Assembly: GCA_963708135.1 (NCBI GenBank)
Contig: OY970192.1
Location: forward strand, 2,413,465-2,477,464
Source of the DNA: an uncultured Gemmatimonadales bacterium
Lineage (GTDB): Bacteria; Gemmatimonadota; Gemmatimonadetes; Longimicrobiales; RSA9
DNA: 64,000 bases
Direction: 5' to 3'
Part shown: positions 1-15,525 of the stretch, one piece after another
How positions within the stretch are numbered: the first letter of the stretch is position 1
Layout: the number at the start of each line of letters is the position of its first letter
Translations under genes and position numbers: made by a program
The notes under the pieces: model-generated
The model's input: only the letters and a program-made list of their open reading frames with translations
The model's database searches: none
Told to the model about the DNA's origin: nothing

Positions 1-665
1 CGTTCAAGCTGTCGAACGATCCGCGCTTCGAGGAGAAGTTCTGGGACGTGATCGGGCTGTATCTCGATCCGCCCGAGAGGGCGCTGGTCCTGTGTTGTGA
101 CGAGAAGAGCCAGTGCCAGGCCTTGGAGCGCACCCAACCGGGCTTACCCCTCGGCGTCGGGGAGATTCGCACCAAGACCCACGACTACACCCGCCACGGC
201 ACCATCACGCTGTTTGCTGCACTGAACTACCTCGACGGCAAATTGATCGCGCGCACGGAAGAGCGTCACACGCACGTCGAGTGGCTTCGCTTCCTCAAGC
301 AGATCGATCGGGAGACGCCCAAGGATCTCGATCTACACCTCGTCGTGGACAATTACTGCACGCACAAGCAAGAGAGCGTAACCCAGTGGCTTGCGAAGCA
401 TCCGCGCTTCCACCTTCACTTCACGCCGACCAGCTCGTCCTGGTTGAATCTCGTCGAGCGCTTCTTCGGAGAGCTGACGCAGGACGTGATTCGGGAGGGC
501 AGCTTCTCCAGCGTACGCGAGCTGGTGAGTGACATCGAGAGCTACTTGGCCGAACGAAAGCTCCATCCCAAGCCGTACCGGTGGCGAGCCAAAGGCGAGG
601 ACATCTTGCGCAAGATCCAGCGTGCACGCGAGGCGCTCACCGCAGTACGCTCGGAGTCTTGTTAA
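1..665 (+). CDS. IS630-family (Tc1/mariner-like) DDE transposase, 5' end cut by window edge
   Basis: Frame starting at nt 3 reads [37 protein letters not shown]...DNYCTHK...WLNLVERFF, the typical IS630 catalytic core with DDE-region motifs; stop TAA at 663-665. Confidence 0.8.
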   Translation, partial: FKLSNDPRFEEKFWDVIGLYLDPPERALVLCCDEKSQCQALERTQPGLPLGVGEIRTKTHDYTRHGTITLFAALNYLDGKLIARTEERHTHVEWLRFLKQIDRETPKDLDLHLVVDNYCTHKQESVTQWLAKHPRFHLHFTPTSSSWLNLVERFFGELTQDVIREGSFSSVRELVSDIESYLAERKLHPKPYRWRAKGEDILRKIQRAREALTAVRSESC

Positions 666-690
666 ATCAACTCAATTGGCAGACACTACA
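1..690 (+). mobile_element. IS630-family insertion sequence, right end only; boundary not resolved
   Basis: Transposase ORF ends 25 bp from the secY stop codon (convergent); terminal inverted repeat not identifiable without the left end. Confidence 0.45.
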
Positions 691-2004
691 CTACATGTAT
701 CGCTGCCGGCCGCGGAACCGAACGCGGCCCTTCTTCATGAAGCCCTCGTAGTGGCGCAGCAGGAGGTGCTGCTGCATCTGCTGTACGGTGTCGAGGGCGA
801 CGCCGACGACGATGAGCAGCGAGGTGCCGCCGAAGAGGAAGAGCTGGGCTCCCAGCGCCTGACTGACCCAGAACGGGAGCAGCGCGATCAGGGCCAGGTA
901 GATGGAGCCGGGCAGCGTGATCCGGCTGAGCACGTAGTCGATGTACTCGACCGTGCGCGCCCCCGGCTTCACGCCGGGAATGAAGGCCCCCTGCTTCTTG
1001 AGGTTGTCCGCCAGATCGACCGGATTGAAGATGATCGCCGTGTAGAAGTAGGTGAAGAAGACGATCAGGATCGAGTAGGCGAGGTAGTAGCCGGGCGTGC
1101 CGACCTGCACGTAATCGGCGATCATCTTCAGGAACGGCACGTTGGCGAAGGTGGCGGCCGTCGTCGGCACGATGATGATCGACTGCGCGAAGATGATCGG
1201 CATCACGCCGGCCGAGTTGATGCGCAGCGGGATGAAGCTCTTCTGGCCCTCGCGGATCCGGCCTCGTCCCATGACCTTGCGCGGGATCTGGACGGGGATC
1301 TTGCGGGCGGCCATGGTCATGGCGACCACACCGGCCACCACCCCGATCATGAGCAGGACGATCATTACCAGGGCCGGAATGCTGATGACGCTGGTGGTCA
1401 CCGCCTCCCAGGTACGGGCGAGGGCGGAGGGGAAGCGGTCGATGATGTTGAAGAAGATCAGCAGCGACATGCCGTTGCCGATCCCCCGCTCGGTAATCAT
1501 CTCCCCGAGCCACATGACGAAGACCGCGCCGCTGGTCATGATCAGCGCAGTGCTGATCATGAAGCTGAAGCCGGGGTAGCGCACCGCCCCCTGCATGCTC
1601 TGCAGGAACACCGCGTAGCCCCACGCCTGAAGGAAGGAGAGGGCGACGGTGGCGTAGCGGGTCCACTGCGTGAGCTTCTTCCGCCCGTCCTCGCCCTCCT
1701 TCTGCATCTTCTCGACCGTCGGGAAGACGGCCGCCAGCAGCTGGAACATGATGCTGGCGGAGATATACGGCATGATGCCGAGGGAGAAGATGGTCGCCCG
1801 CTGCAGGGCGCCGCCGACGAAGAGGTCGTAGAGGCCGAGCACGGTGCCCTGGAGCTGGCCGAACTGCTGCTGCAGCACGCCCACGTCGAGGCCCGGCGCG
1901 GTGATGTGGGCGCCGATGCGGTAGACGAAGAGCGCCAGGAGGGTGAAGAGGATCTTCTCCTTCAGCTCCGGGATCTTCCAGAGGTTGGGAATCGGGTTGG
2001 CCAT
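691..2004 (-). CDS. secY: preprotein translocase subunit SecY
   Basis: 437 aa; MANPIPNLWKIPELKEKILFTLLALFVYRIGAHITAPG... with 10 TM-like segments; last gene of the spc operon. Confidence 0.95.
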   Translation of the reverse strand: MANPIPNLWKIPELKEKILFTLLALFVYRIGAHITAPGLDVGVLQQQFGQLQGTVLGLYDLFVGGALQRATIFSLGIMPYISASIMFQLLAAVFPTVEKMQKEGEDGRKKLTQWTRYATVALSFLQAWGYAVFLQSMQGAVRYPGFSFMISTALIMTSGAVFVMWLGEMITERGIGNGMSLLIFFNIIDRFPSALARTWEAVTTSVISIPALVMIVLLMIGVVAGVVAMTMAARKIPVQIPRKVMGRGRIREGQKSFIPLRINSAGVMPIIFAQSIIIVPTTAATFANVPFLKMIADYVQVGTPGYYLAYSILIVFFTYFYTAIIFNPVDLADNLKKQGAFIPGVKPGARTVEYIDYVLSRITLPGSIYLALIALLPFWVSQALGAQLFLFGGTSLLIVVGVALDTVQQMQQHLLLRHYEGFMKKGRVRFRGRQRYM

Positions 2005-2008
2005 GCGC

Positions 2009-2461
2009 TCAGCTCTCCAGCAGCTCGACCGCGCCGCCCGCGGCCTCGATCTTGGCGCGGGCGCTCGCGCTCACGGCGTGGGTCCGAACGGTGAGCTTGC
2101 GGTCGATGTCGCCATCTCCAAGAAGCTTGATGGGCAGCTTCGAGCCCCTGCTGACGAGGCCGCTCGCGCCGAGGGTCTCGGGCGTGACCTCGTCGCCGTC
2201 GATGCGGCCGAGGTCGCGCAGGTTGACGACCGCGTACTCCGTGCGGAACCGATTCGTGAAGCCGCGCTTCGGGACGCGCCGCTGGAGCGGCATCTGTCCC
2301 CCCTCGAACCAGGAGGGCATGCCGTGATGGCCGGTGCGGGCCTTCTGGCCCTTGTGACCCTTGCCGGCGGTCTTGCCCTTCCCCGAGCCGGGGCCGCGGC
2401 CGATGCGCTTGCGGCGGCGGTTGGCGCCGTCCGGGCTGCGCAGATTGCTGAGGTCCGTCAT
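2009..2461 (-). CDS. rplO: 50S ribosomal protein L15
   Basis: 150 aa, [27 protein letters not shown] motif; position between rpmD and secY. Confidence 0.9.
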   Translation of the reverse strand: MTDLSNLRSPDGANRRRKRIGRGPGSGKGKTAGKGHKGQKARTGHHGMPSWFEGGQMPLQRRVPKRGFTNRFRTEYAVVNLRDLGRIDGDEVTPETLGASGLVSRGSKLPIKLLGDGDIDRKLTVRTHAVSASARAKIEAAGGAVELLES

Positions 2462-2685
2462 TTCTGCTCCTCGCCTGCCTCGACCTCCTGGACGGCCACC
2501 AGGTGCTGGACCTGGAAGAGCATGCCCCGGATCGCGGGCGTATCCGTCTGAATGACCGACTGCTGATGCCGCCGCAGCCCGAGCGCACGCAGCGTCGCCC
2601 GATGCTTGCCCGGGCGACCGTTCCCGCTCCTGACCTGCGTGATCCTCAGCTTCCGCGGCGCGTCGGCCTCTTTCTTCCTAGCCAC
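2458..2685 (-). CDS. rpmD: 50S ribosomal protein L30
   Basis: 75 aa, [28 protein letters not shown]...DTPAIRGM; 4-nt overlap with rplO. Confidence 0.85.
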   Translation of the reverse strand: MARKKEADAPRKLRITQVRSGNGRPGKHRATLRALGLRRHQQSVIQTDTPAIRGMLFQVQHLVAVQEVEAGEEQK

Positions 2686-3211
2686 GGCGTACCCCCAGCT
2701 CCTGGACGGTGATCCCTCGCTCCGCGGCCACCTGCTCGGCCGTCACCAGCTCCGTCAGACCGTTGAACGTGGCGCGGGCGACATTGATCGGGTTGTCCGA
2801 GCCGAGGCTCTTCGTGAGCACGTCGCTGATGCCGACGGCCTCCAGCACGGCGCGCACGGGACCGCCCGCGATCACGCCCGTTCCGGCGCCGGCCGGCTTC
2901 AGCAGCACCCGGGCCGAGCCCTGCCTGCCGATGATCTCGTGCGGTATGGTTCCGGACTGCACCGGCACCTCGACCATGCCGCGCCGCGCCTGCTCGAGCC
3001 CCTTCCGGATCGCCTCCGCGACCTCGTTCGCCTTGCCGAGCGCGAGGCCGACCTTGCCCTTCTTGTCCCCCACCGCCACCAGCGCGGTGAAAGAGAAGCG
3101 CCGGCCGCCTTTCACGACCTTTGCGACGCGATTGACGAACACGACGTTCTCGACGAGGTCCGACTGCTCCCGCCCCCGCCGGCCGCCCCCGCCTCTCTGG
3201 TCTCTAGCCAT
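2678..3211 (-). CDS. rpsE: 30S ribosomal protein S5
   Basis: 177 aa, [18 protein letters not shown]...[15 protein letters not shown]. Confidence 0.9.
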   Translation of the reverse strand: MARDQRGGGGRRGREQSDLVENVVFVNRVAKVVKGGRRFSFTALVAVGDKKGKVGLALGKANEVAEAIRKGLEQARRGMVEVPVQSGTIPHEIIGRQGSARVLLKPAGAGTGVIAGGPVRAVLEAVGISDVLTKSLGSDNPINVARATFNGLTELVTAEQVAAERGITVQELGVRRG

Positions 3212-3247
3212 TCCGCTGCCTCTCCATTCGCGATGCGGGCACAGCCC

Positions 3248-3634
3248 TCAGAACTCCAGGCCGCCCTCGCGGGCGCCTTCCGCGAAAGCGGCGATGCGCC
3301 CGTGGTACAGGTAGCCGCCGCGATCGAACACGACGCCCGTGATCCCGGCCGCCTTCGCGCGCTCCGCCAGCAGGCGGCCGGCAGCGCGGCTTGCGGCGGT
3401 CTTGCTCAGCTCCTCCTCCTCGCCCTGCCGCTCGCGCAGCTCCGGCGCGAGGGTGGAAACGCCGAGGAGCATCTTGCCGCTGACGTCGTCCGTCAGGTGG
3501 CCCTGCATGTTTTTCAGCGAGCGGTGCACGACGAGGCGCGGCCGGTCCGCCGTGCCCTCGACCTTGCGGCGGACGCGGCGGTGCCTGCGCAGCCGCTGCT
3601 GCTCGCGATCTCTCGACTTCTGTCTGAATGCCAT
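3248..3634 (-). CDS. rplR: 50S ribosomal protein L18
   Basis: Start set at [24 protein letters not shown] (cat at 3632-3634), 128 aa; the ORF-track ORF extends further upstream in frame. Confidence 0.85.
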   Translation of the reverse strand: MAFRQKSRDREQQRLRRHRRVRRKVEGTADRPRLVVHRSLKNMQGHLTDDVSGKMLLGVSTLAPELRERQGEEEELSKTAASRAAGRLLAERAKAAGITGVVFDRGGYLYHGRIAAFAEGAREGGLEF

Positions 3635-3650
3635 GGTCCGTGTCCCCGGG

Positions 3651-4190
3651 CTACTTGGCGCCCGCCTTGCCGGCCTTGCGCCGGACTTGCTCACCCTGAT
3701 AGCGGATCCCCTTGCCCTTGTAGGGCTCCGGCGGCCGAACCGCCCGGATCTCCGCCGCGACCTGTCCAACCTTTTCCTTGTCGATCCCCTCGACCAGCAC
3801 CGTTGTCGGGGTGGGCGCCGTGAGCGAGATCCCCGCCGGCTCCGGGTATACGACGGTATGCGAGTAGCCCACGCTCAGGACCAGCGTGCCACCCTTCTTC
3901 TCCGCCCGGTAGCCGACGCCGATGATCTCGAGCGCGCGCCGGAAGCCGGCGGAGACGCCCTGCACCATGTTGGCGAGGAGCGCCCGCGTGAGGCCGTGCA
4001 GGGCGCGGTGCATCGTCTCGTCCGACGGCCGCTCGACGAGGACCTGCCCGTCCTCGATCCGGATCGTCATCTCGGAGCGGAAGGTGCGCTCGAGCTCGCC
4101 CTTTGGCCCCTTCACCCGGACCGTCGCGCCGTCCACGCTCACCGTGACACCGCTCGGGATCGGGATCGGCTTCTTGCCAATGCGTGACAT
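3651..4190 (-). CDS. rplF: 50S ribosomal protein L6
   Basis: Start set at [17 protein letters not shown]..., ~179 aa. Confidence 0.85.
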   Translation of the reverse strand: MSRIGKKPIPIPSGVTVSVDGATVRVKGPKGELERTFRSEMTIRIEDGQVLVERPSDETMHRALHGLTRALLANMVQGVSAGFRRALEIIGVGYRAEKKGGTLVLSVGYSHTVVYPEPAGISLTAPTPTTVLVEGIDKEKVGQVAAEIRAVRPPEPYKGKGIRYQGEQVRRKAGKAGAK

Positions 4191-4206
4191 CAGTTCGTCT
4201 CTCCGC

Positions 4207-4599
4207 TCACCAGACCAGCGCCATGACTTCGCCACCCACGTTGCGGGCGCGCGCCTCCTTGTCCGACATGAGACCCTGCGGCGTGGAGACGATCGCGATG
4301 CCCAGGCCGCCGCGGACGCGCGGCAGCGCCGAGGCGCCGGAATAGGCGCGCCTGCCCGGGCGCGAGATGCGCTGCAGGTTCCGGATCACGGGCCGGTCCT
4401 CGTAGTACTTGAGGTAAAGGCGGAGCACGCCGTGACGCCCGTCATCCAGCAGCTTGTAGTCGTGGATGAAGTGGTGCTCCTTGAGGACGCGCGCGATCTC
4501 GGTCTTGAGCTTGGAGGGAGGCACATCCACGCGGCGGTGCCGCGCCCCCCCTGCGTTGCGGATGCGCGTGAGCATGTCCGCGACAGGGTCCGTCATCAT
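4207..4599 (-). CDS. rpsH: 30S ribosomal protein S8
   Basis: 130 aa, [16 protein letters not shown]... Confidence 0.9.
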   Translation of the reverse strand: MMTDPVADMLTRIRNAGGARHRRVDVPPSKLKTEIARVLKEHHFIHDYKLLDDGRHGVLRLYLKYYEDRPVIRNLQRISRPGRRAYSGASALPRVRGGLGIAIVSTPQGLMSDKEARARNVGGEVMALVW

Positions 4600-4663
4600 G
4601 TCGGTGATCTCTCCTATAGTATCCGGTCGCTGCCGGACTTGTAGGAACTGGGGAATCCAGCTC

Positions 4664-4849
4664 TTACCAGCTCGCCTTGCGAACGCCCGGGATCTCGCCG
4701 CGCAGCGACATCTCGCGGAAGCAGATACGGCACAGCCCGAACTTGCGGATGAAGGCCCGCGGCCGGCCGCAACGGGTGCAGCGGTTGCGGGTGCGGACGC
4801 CGAACTTCGGCTTGCGCCGCGACTTCTCGATGAGCGCCTTTCTGGCCAT
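4664..4849 (-). CDS. rpsN: 30S ribosomal protein S14 type Z (zinc-binding)
   Basis: 61 aa with CTRCGRP...CRICFRE Cys4 motif. Confidence 0.9.
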   Translation of the reverse strand: MARKALIEKSRRKPKFGVRTRNRCTRCGRPRAFIRKFGLCRICFREMSLRGEIPGVRKASW

Positions 4850-4878
4850 GTTCCTCTCGTCTCGGTGTGGCGGCGCGC

Positions 4879-5469
4879 TCAGACGGCCGCGCCGCTCAGC
4901 TCTTCGCCGGACACGATGACGGGCGTGCCGCCCCGGAACGGCATTCCCAGCTCGCGCAGCAGGGCGAACGCCTCGTCGTCCTTGTCGGTCGTGCTGACCA
5001 TGACGATGTCCATCCCGTGCACCTGCGCGACCTTGTCGTACTCGATCTCGGGGAAGATGAGCTGCTCCTTGACCCCGAGGTTGTAGTTGCCGCGGCCGTC
5101 GAAGGAGCGCGTCGGCAGGCCGCGGAAATCACGGATCCGCGGTATGGCCACGTTGATGAGCCGGTCCAGGAACTCATACATCCTGGGGCCACGCAGCGTG
5201 ACCATGGCACCAATGGGCATTCCCTGCCGGATGCCGAAGTTGGAGATCGCCTTCCGCGCCCGCGTCACGACCGGCTTCTGGCCGGTGATCATTCCCAGCT
5301 CCTCGAGCACCGACTCGAGCAGCTTCGGGTTCTTCGGCGCCTCGCCGACGCCAACGTTCAGAACCACCTTCTCGATGCGCGGGACCCGCAGCGGGTTGTC
5401 GAAGCCGAATTCCTCCATGAGCTTCGGCTGGATCCGCTCCTCATAGTACTTCTGCAGTCTGGGCTTCAT
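4879..5469 (-). CDS. rplE: 50S ribosomal protein L5
   Basis: 196 aa, [44 protein letters not shown]. Confidence 0.95.
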   Translation of the reverse strand: MKPRLQKYYEERIQPKLMEEFGFDNPLRVPRIEKVVLNVGVGEAPKNPKLLESVLEELGMITGQKPVVTRARKAISNFGIRQGMPIGAMVTLRGPRMYEFLDRLINVAIPRIRDFRGLPTRSFDGRGNYNLGVKEQLIFPEIEYDKVAQVHGMDIVMVSTTDKDDEAFALLRELGMPFRGGTPVIVSGEELSGAAV

Positions 5470-5482
5470 CTGCTCCCGTTCC

Positions 5483-5866
5483 TTAGCCCTGCGGCTTCGG
5501 GATGGCGTTGCCGCTCTTGGCCGCGATCCGCTCCTTGGTGCCGCCCTCGTCGATGTGCGCGCGTGTCCGGGTCGGATCGCCGCTCTTCGGGTCGAGCAGC
5601 ATCACGTTGGAGGCATGGATCGGCGCCTCGAAGGTGATGATGCCGCCCTCCGGGTTGGCATCGCTGGGCCGGGTGTGCCGCTTGCGCAGGTTCACGCCCT
5701 CCACGACCACCCGATTCTCCTTGGCCAGGACGCGCAGGATCGTGCCCTCCATGCCGGCGTGGTTGCCTCGCGTCACGCGCACATGATCGCCGCGGCGCAC
5801 GTGCATCTTCTGGCGCTTCTTCTGACTGTGGCGGGCGGTGCCCATGCCCATGACCATGCGGGTCAT
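5483..5866 (-). CDS. rplX: 50S ribosomal protein L24 (true start may be internal, near KMHVRRGD)
   Basis: [27 protein letters not shown]...EGVNLRKRH; N-terminal ~20 aa may be extension. Confidence 0.8.
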   Translation of the reverse strand: MTRMVMGMGTARHSQKKRQKMHVRRGDHVRVTRGNHAGMEGTILRVLAKENRVVVEGVNLRKRHTRPSDANPEGGIITFEAPIHASNVMLLDPKSGDPTRTRAHIDEGGTKERIAAKSGNAIPKPQG

Positions 5867-6234
5867 CAGATCACCTCCGGCGCGAGCGAGACGATCTTCA
5901 TGAACCGCTTCTCGCGCAGCTCGCGGCCGACGGGGCCGAAAATGCGCGTGGCGCGCGGCTCGCCGGCGTCGTTGATGAGCACGGCCGCGTTGTCGTCGAA
6001 CCGGATGTAGGAGCCATCCTTGCGGCGAGCCTCCTTCGCGGTGCGGACGACGACCGCCCGGGCGACCTCGCCCTTCTTGACGGTGCCGTGCGGGATGGCG
6101 TCCTTGATGGCGACGATGATGATGTCGCCCACACGCGCGTAGCGGCGGCCGGAGCCACCGAGGACGCGAATGCAGAGCGCCTCCTTGGCACCCGAGTTGT
6201 CCGCGATCTTGAGCCTGGTCTCCTGCTGGATCAT
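5866..6234 (-). CDS. rplN: 50S ribosomal protein L14
   Basis: 122 aa, [28 protein letters not shown]. Confidence 0.95.
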   Translation of the reverse strand: MIQQETRLKIADNSGAKEALCIRVLGGSGRRYARVGDIIIVAIKDAIPHGTVKKGEVARAVVVRTAKEARRKDGSYIRFDDNAAVLINDAGEPRATRIFGPVGRELREKRFMKIVSLAPEVI

Positions 6235-6244
6235 TGTCCGCGCC

Positions 6245-6520
6245 TCACTTCGCCCGCTCGACGATCTCGACGACCCGCCAGCGCTTCAGCTTGGACAGAG
6301 GCCGGGTCTCCATGATGCGGACCCTGTCGCCCGCGTGCGCCTGCCGCTCCTCATCGTGCGCGTAGTACCTCTTGGTGCGCGCGACCTTCTTGCCGTAGAG
6401 CCGGTGCGAGACTTGGCGCCCGACCGCGACGACGACCGTCTTGTCCATGCGGTCGCTCACCACGGTTCCCACGCGCGTCTTGCGGCTCCCTCTCGTCTCG
6501 TCAGCCATATCCGGACTCAT
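6245..6520 (-). CDS. rpsQ: 30S ribosomal protein S17
   Basis: 91 aa, [34 protein letters not shown]. Confidence 0.9.
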   Translation of the reverse strand: MSPDMADETRGSRKTRVGTVVSDRMDKTVVVAVGRQVSHRLYGKKVARTKRYYAHDEERQAHAGDRVRIMETRPLSKLKRWRVVEIVERAK

Positions 6521-6723
6521 TGCTGGGCCTGCTCAGCGAGCTCGCGCTCGCGCAGGATCGTCTTCATGCGCGCCAGGTCACGGCGCAGCGTCTTGAGCAG
6601 CGCCGTATTTTCGAGCTGCTGGGTGGCGCCGCGGAACCGGAGCCGGAACAGCTCCTCGTGGATCTCGCCGATGCGGTCGGCGATCTCGCTCTCCGTCAGG
6701 TCCCTGATCTCGGCGGCCTTCAC
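6517..6723 (-). CDS. rpmC: 50S ribosomal protein L29 (GTG start)
   Basis: [30 protein letters not shown]..., 68 aa; GTG at 6721-6723 overlaps rplP stop; longer ORF-track ORF is an upstream read-through. Confidence 0.8.
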   Translation of the reverse strand: MKAAEIRDLTESEIADRIGEIHEELFRLRFRGATQQLENTALLKTLRRDLARMKTILRERELAEQAQQ

Positions 6724-7151
6724 GCGTTGCCTCCCTCCGCACCGCGCTCGCGCACGATGAACTTCGTCTTGACGGGCAGCTTGGCGGCGGCCAGAGCGAA
6801 GGCGCGGCGGGCGATGTCTTCGGGCACGCCCTCGAGCTCGAACATCATGCGTCCCGGCTTGACCACCGCGACCCACATCTCCGGGCTGCCCTTGCCCTTC
6901 CCCATCCGCGTCTCCGCGGGCTTCTTCGTGACCGGCTTGTCCGGGAAGATGCGAATCCAGACCTTGCCGCCACGCTTGATGTGACGCGTCATGGCGACAC
7001 GGGCGGCCTCGATCTGCCGGTTGGTGATCCAGCCCGGCTCCATCGTCTGCAAGCCGTAATCGCCAAAGGAAACGGCGTTGCCCCGCGTGGCCATGCCGCG
7101 CGTGCGACCCTTCTGCTGCTTGCGGTACTTGACTCTCTTCGGCGCCAGCAT
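6720..7151 (-). CDS. rplP: 50S ribosomal protein L16
   Basis: Start [19 protein letters not shown] (cat 7149-7151), 143 aa; the 351-aa ORF-track entry is an in-frame upstream artefact. Confidence 0.9.
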   Translation of the reverse strand: MLAPKRVKYRKQQKGRTRGMATRGNAVSFGDYGLQTMEPGWITNRQIEAARVAMTRHIKRGGKVWIRIFPDKPVTKKPAETRMGKGKGSPEMWVAVVKPGRMMFELEGVPEDIARRAFALAAAKLPVKTKFIVRERGAEGGNA

Positions 7152-7165
7152 GGCTCCTGCCCCTA

Positions 7166-7825
<660 letters not shown>

Positions 7826-7826
7826 G

Positions 7827-8177
7827 TTACTCCTTACGATCCACGACGATCACGACATGGCTGGTCGGCCGCCGGATCGGCGCCGCACGGCCCATGGCGG
7901 CGGCGCGCCAGCGCTTGAGGCGCGGGCCTTCGTTGACGAAGGCTTCCCTGACGACGAGGTCGTCAACGTCCACGAACTCGCCCGCGTCCTCCGCCTTGGC
8001 CCGCGCGTTGGCGACGGCCGAGCGCAGCGTCTTGTCGATCTGCACCGCAGCCCGCTTCTTCGAGAACTGGAGCAGCGCGTACGCCTCGCCCACGCCGCGA
8101 CCCCGGATGAGGTCCGCGACGAGCCGCATCTTGCGCGGGCTCTGCCGGATATGCCTGGACTCTGCCCGAGCTTTCAT
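7827..8177 (-). CDS. rplV: 50S ribosomal protein L22
   Basis: 116 aa, [27 protein letters not shown]. Confidence 0.9.
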   Translation of the reverse strand: MKARAESRHIRQSPRKMRLVADLIRGRGVGEAYALLQFSKKRAAVQIDKTLRSAVANARAKAEDAGEFVDVDDLVVREAFVNEGPRLKRWRAAAMGRAAPIRRPTSHVVIVVDRKE

Positions 8178-8178
8178 C

Positions 8179-8466
8179 TCACCTCGCCCTGGATCGCTTG
8201 TCCGCCAGCTTGCCGCCGTGCCCGCGGAAGAGCCGCGTGGGCGAGAACTCGCCCAGCTTGTGGCCGACCATGTTCTCCGTGACGTAGACGGGAATGAACT
8301 TGTTCCCGTTGTGCACGGCGAGGGTGTGGCCGACGAAGTCCGGGGAGATCATCGACGCCCTCGACCAGGTCTTCACGACCCGCCTCTCGTTCCTCGAGTT
8401 CATCTGCTGGATCTTGCCCAGCAGCTTCGGCTCGATGTGCGGCCCCTTCTTGATCGATCTCGACAT
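8179..8466 (-). CDS. rpsS: 30S ribosomal protein S19
   Basis: 95 aa, [19 protein letters not shown]...[23 protein letters not shown]. Confidence 0.95.
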   Translation of the reverse strand: MSRSIKKGPHIEPKLLGKIQQMNSRNERRVVKTWSRASMISPDFVGHTLAVHNGNKFIPVYVTENMVGHKLGEFSPTRLFRGHGGKLADKRSRAR

Positions 8467-8482
8467 GGCTCGGTCGTATCCC

Positions 8483-9322
8483 TCAGCTCGTGGCCTTGCC
8501 GCGCTTACGGCCGCGGACGATGTGCTGGTTCGACTTCTTCTTGTGGTCGCGCGTCTTCCTGCCCTCGGGCTTGCCCCAGGGCGAGACGGGCGGCCGGCCG
8601 CCCGACGTCCGACCCTCGCCGCCGCCCAGCGGGTGGTCCACGGGATTCATGGCGACGCCGCGCACCTTGGGCCGGCGGCCGCGCCAGCGGCTCGCGCCCG
8701 CCTTGCCGATGGTCTGCAGGTTGTGATCGCCGTTGCCGACCTGGCCGATCGTGGCGAAGCAGGTCCGGTGGATCATGCGGACCTCCGTCGAGGGCATCCG
8801 CAGCGTCACGTAGTCGCCCTCCTTGGCCATCACCTGGGCGCCGGCGCCGGCGGTGCGGACGAGCTGTGCCCCCTTGCCGCGCTTCATCTCCAGGTTGTGG
8901 ACCACCGTGCCCAGGGGGATCTCCGCCAGGGGCAGGGCGTTGCCCACCCGGATGTCGGAGCCGGGCCCGCTCACCACCGTTTCCCCCGGGGCGAGCCCCT
9001 TGGGGTGCAGGATGTAGCGCTTGTCGCCGTCCGCGTAGTGGACGAGCGCGATGTTGGCGCTGCGGTTCGGGTCGTACTCGATCTCGGCGATCCTGCCCGG
9101 CACGCCGATCTTGTCGCGCTTGAAGTCGATCTTGCGGTAAACGCGCTTCGCGCCACCGCCGCGCCGGCGCGAGGTGATCCGGCCGTGGTGATTGCGGCCG
9201 CCGGACTTCTTGAGCGGCTCGGTCAGCGACTTCTCCGGTCCCCGTCGCGTCACGACGTCGTGCTCGACGACGGCCCGGAAGCGGCTGGACGCGGTGACAG
9301 GCTTGAACTTCTTGATCGGCAT
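8483..9322 (-). CDS. rplB: 50S ribosomal protein L2
   Basis: 279 aa, [15 protein letters not shown]...[16 protein letters not shown]...[18 protein letters not shown]. Confidence 0.95.
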   Translation of the reverse strand: MPIKKFKPVTASSRFRAVVEHDVVTRRGPEKSLTEPLKKSGGRNHHGRITSRRRGGGAKRVYRKIDFKRDKIGVPGRIAEIEYDPNRSANIALVHYADGDKRYILHPKGLAPGETVVSGPGSDIRVGNALPLAEIPLGTVVHNLEMKRGKGAQLVRTAGAGAQVMAKEGDYVTLRMPSTEVRMIHRTCFATIGQVGNGDHNLQTIGKAGASRWRGRRPKVRGVAMNPVDHPLGGGEGRTSGGRPPVSPWGKPEGRKTRDHKKKSNQHIVRGRKRGKATS

Positions 9323-9326
9323 CGGA

Positions 9327-9617
9327 CTAGATCCCCTCGTAGACGTCGATGCGCTCGCCCGGGGCGAGCTTGACGATCGCCTTCTTGTAGCCGGGCCGGC
9401 GGCCGATGCTGCGGCCGACGCGGCGCAGCTTGCCGCGGTAGTTCATGGTCCGCACGTCGGCGACGCGCACGGCGAACAGCCGCTCGACGGCGTTACGGAT
9501 CTCGATCTTGTTGGACTCGGGCGCGACGATGAAGGCGTACGCGCCCTCATTCTCGCCCATGTCCGTGGACCGCTCCGTGACGACGGGGCGGATCAGGACC
9601 TCGCGCGGGCTACGCAT
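9327..9617 (-). CDS. rplW: 50S ribosomal protein L23
   Basis: Start set at [17 protein letters not shown], ~96 aa. Confidence 0.85.
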   Translation of the reverse strand: MRSPREVLIRPVVTERSTDMGENEGAYAFIVAPESNKIEIRNAVERLFAVRVADVRTMNYRGKLRRVGRSIGRRPGYKKAIVKLAPGERIDVYEGI

Positions 9618-10242
9618 GGGCCACCTCCCCGGCGCGCTCGAGCGCGGGCTCCTCGATGATGAGCGTGTCGGCCCAGAGCACGTCATACGCGGACTCGGTG
9701 CCGAAGGCCTGCACCTGGACGCCCGAAAGGTTACGGGCGGAGCGGTAGACGAGCGGCTTGTGGCCGTCGGTCAGGATCAGCACGTTGCCGCTCGTGCCGG
9801 CGGCGGCCAGGAGCTGCGTGATGCGGCGCGTCTTCGGCGCATCGAAGTCGAGGGCATCCACAACCAGCACCGCTCCGTCCTGGGCCCGCGCGTTGTAGGC
9901 GGAGCGCCGCGCGAGCCAGCGCACCTTCCGCGGCACGGCCTCGTGGAAGTTCCGGTTCGCCCGCGGGCCGAAGACGTTACCGCCTCCGCGCCAGTGCGGC
10001 GCACGCGTGGAGCCCACGCGCGCCCGGCCGGTGCCCTTCTGGCGCCATGGCTTGCTGTTGCCGCCGGACACGTAGCGGCGGGTCTTCGTGGCCGCCGTCG
10101 CCTGGCGCTGGTTGGCCAGGTAGGCCTTCACGGTCTGCCACATGGCGGCCTCGTGGATCGTGCCGTCGAAGAGCGTGTCCGGAAGCTCCGTCTCGGCCGA
10201 CTTCTTCTCGCCCTCGGCCGTAAAGGCGGCTGCCTTGAACAT
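9610..10242 (-). CDS. rplD: 50S ribosomal protein L4
   Basis: Start set at [14 protein letters not shown]...; [25 protein letters not shown] motif. Confidence 0.85.
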   Translation of the reverse strand: MFKAAAFTAEGEKKSAETELPDTLFDGTIHEAAMWQTVKAYLANQRQATAATKTRRYVSGGNSKPWRQKGTGRARVGSTRAPHWRGGGNVFGPRANRNFHEAVPRKVRWLARRSAYNARAQDGAVLVVDALDFDAPKTRRITQLLAAAGTSGNVLILTDGHKPLVYRSARNLSGVQVQAFGTESAYDVLWADTLIIEEPALERAGEVAHA

Positions 10243-10268
10243 CGTCGAATCTCCCGCGCCCGCCACGA

Positions 10269-10889
10269 TTATACCTTCCTCAGGAACACGAGGCTGTTGC
10301 GCGCCCCCGGGACCGCGCCACGGACGAAGATCAGGTTGCGCCCGGCGTCCACACGCTCCACGCGCACGTTGCGCAGCGTGTGCTGCTGTCCGCCCATCTG
10401 CCCCGGCATCTTCTTGCCCTTGATCACGCGTGACGGGTTCGTGCCAGGACCGAGAGAGCCGACGTTGCGCGCCTTCGGGTGCCCATGGGAGCCGGGGCGT
10501 CCGCGGAAGCCGTGGCGCTTCATGGCGCCCTGGAAGCCGCGGCCCTTCGTCGTGCCGACCACCTTGATTCGCTGGCCGGCCTCGAACTGCTCGACCGTCA
10601 GCTGCTGGCCCGGCTCGAAGCCCTCGGGCTCGGCGACGCGGAACTCGTGCAGCGTACGCGGCGCGTACTCCAGCCCGGCACGGGCGGCGTGGCCGCGCTC
10701 GGCGCGCGTGCTGCGGCGCTCCTTGCGGGCGCCCCAGCCGAGCTGGATGGCCGTATAGCCGTCCGTCTCCGCGGTCTTGACCTGCGTCACGGGGCAGGGG
10801 CCGGCCTCGATCACGGTGACCGGCACGGCGCTGCCATCCTCTTTGAAGATCTGGGTCATCCCCAGCTTGCGTCCGATGAGTGCCGACAT
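10269..10889 (-). CDS. rplC: 50S ribosomal protein L3
   Basis: Start set at MSALIGRKLGMTQIF, ~206 aa. Confidence 0.9.
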   Translation of the reverse strand: MSALIGRKLGMTQIFKEDGSAVPVTVIEAGPCPVTQVKTAETDGYTAIQLGWGARKERRSTRAERGHAARAGLEYAPRTLHEFRVAEPEGFEPGQQLTVEQFEAGQRIKVVGTTKGRGFQGAMKRHGFRGRPGSHGHPKARNVGSLGPGTNPSRVIKGKKMPGQMGGQQHTLRNVRVERVDAGRNLIFVRGAVPGARNSLVFLRKV

Positions 10890-10893
10890 CGCC

Positions 10894-11202
10894 CTAGTCC
10901 ACCTTGATCTCGACGTCCACACCGGCCGGCAGATCCAGCTTGGTGAGCGCGTCGATCGTCTGGGGCCGCGAGTCGATGATGTCGATGACCCGCTTATGGG
11001 TCTTCAGCTCGAACTGCTCGCGGCTCTTCTTGTCCACGTGGGGCGAGCGCAGCACGGTCCAACGCTGGATCCGCGTCGGTAGCGGGATCGGGCCGCTGAC
11101 GCGCGCACCGCTCTTCTCCGCCGTGCGGACGATGTCCGAGGCGGTCTGGTCGATGACGGCGTGGTCGAACGCCTTGAGCCGGATCCTGATCTTGCCAGCC
11201 AT
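10894..11202 (-). CDS. rpsJ: 30S ribosomal protein S10
   Basis: 102 aa, [19 protein letters not shown]. Confidence 0.95.
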   Translation of the reverse strand: MAGKIRIRLKAFDHAVIDQTASDIVRTAEKSGARVSGPIPLPTRIQRWTVLRSPHVDKKSREQFELKTHKRVIDIIDSRPQTIDALTKLDLPAGVDVEIKVD

Positions 11203-11229
11203 AGTCTCTTTTCTCTCGCGCGTGCCGCG

Positions 11230-12423
<1,194 letters not shown>

Positions 12424-12435
12424 GATCTCTTCTCC

Positions 12436-14533
<2,098 letters not shown>

Positions 14534-14550
14534 ACCCGAACTCTATTCCC

Positions 14551-15021
14551 CTACCACCGGTAGTGAGCGAAGGCCTTGTTGGCCTCGGCCATGCGGTGGG
14601 TGTCTTCCTTGCGCTTGATGGCGCTGCCCTCGTTGCGGCTGGCGGCCATGAGCTCCGCGGCCAGACGCTCGGCCATGGACTTCTCCCCACGCCCGCGCGA
14701 AAAGCTGACGAGCCACTTCATGGCCAGCGCGTTGCGCCGCTCCGGCCGCACCTCGACCGGCACCTGGTAGGTCGCACCGCCGACGCGGCGGCTCTTGACC
14801 TCGAGCACGGGCTTGACGTTGTTCACCGCCTGCTTGAACACGTTCATCGCCGGCTGCCCGGTCTTCTCCTCGATGATGCGCATGGCCTCGTAGAAGATTC
14901 CCTCAGCCGTCGACTTCTTGCCGGCCAGCATCAGGTTGTTGACGAACTTGCTCACCGTCGTGGACCCGTACTGCGGGTCCGGCGGGACCTCGCGCTTGAC
15001 CGCTCGCTGGCGTCTGCTCAT
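14551..15021 (-). CDS. rpsG: 30S ribosomal protein S7
   Basis: Start [12 protein letters not shown] (cat 15019-15021), 156 aa. Confidence 0.9.
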   Translation of the reverse strand: MSRRQRAVKREVPPDPQYGSTTVSKFVNNLMLAGKKSTAEGIFYEAMRIIEEKTGQPAMNVFKQAVNNVKPVLEVKSRRVGGATYQVPVEVRPERRNALAMKWLVSFSRGRGEKSMAERLAAELMAASRNEGSAIKRKEDTHRMAEANKAFAHYRW

Positions 15022-15023
15022 GG

Positions 15024-15395
<372 letters not shown>

Positions 15396-15434
15396 GCGTC
15401 CTAGAGCCTCTCGGATCTGCGTGTTGCCGGGCGA

Positions 15435-15460
15435 AAAAACGCGGGGACTCAGGCCCCCGC
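15435..15460 (-). terminator. Hairpin plus U6 tract in the rpsL leader (intrinsic terminator or attenuator)
   Basis: Minus strand reads gcgggg-gcctgagt-ccccgc followed by tttttt; adjacent 14-nt perfect palindrome gcagcggccgctgc (15459-15472) preceded by ttttt. Confidence 0.4.
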
Positions 15461-15496
15461 AGCGGCCGCTGCAAAAAGTGGCCGGACAGACTTGGA

Positions 15497-15525
15497 AATG
15501 TAAAGGCCGCCCCTCGAAGTGTCAA
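15497..15525 (-). promoter_or_regulatory. sigma70-like promoter candidate for the str operon (TTGACA-17-TACATT)
   Basis: Minus strand has a perfect -35 TTGACA (15520-15525), a 17-nt spacer, then TACATT (15497-15502); about 100 nt upstream of the rpsL ATG. Confidence 0.3.

Noticed and set aside
529-2094. 521-aa plus-strand ORF antisense to secY
   Set aside because: Asp/Glu/Arg/Gly-rich low-complexity translation typical of an antisense frame in 70% GC DNA; fully overlapped by a bona fide SecY
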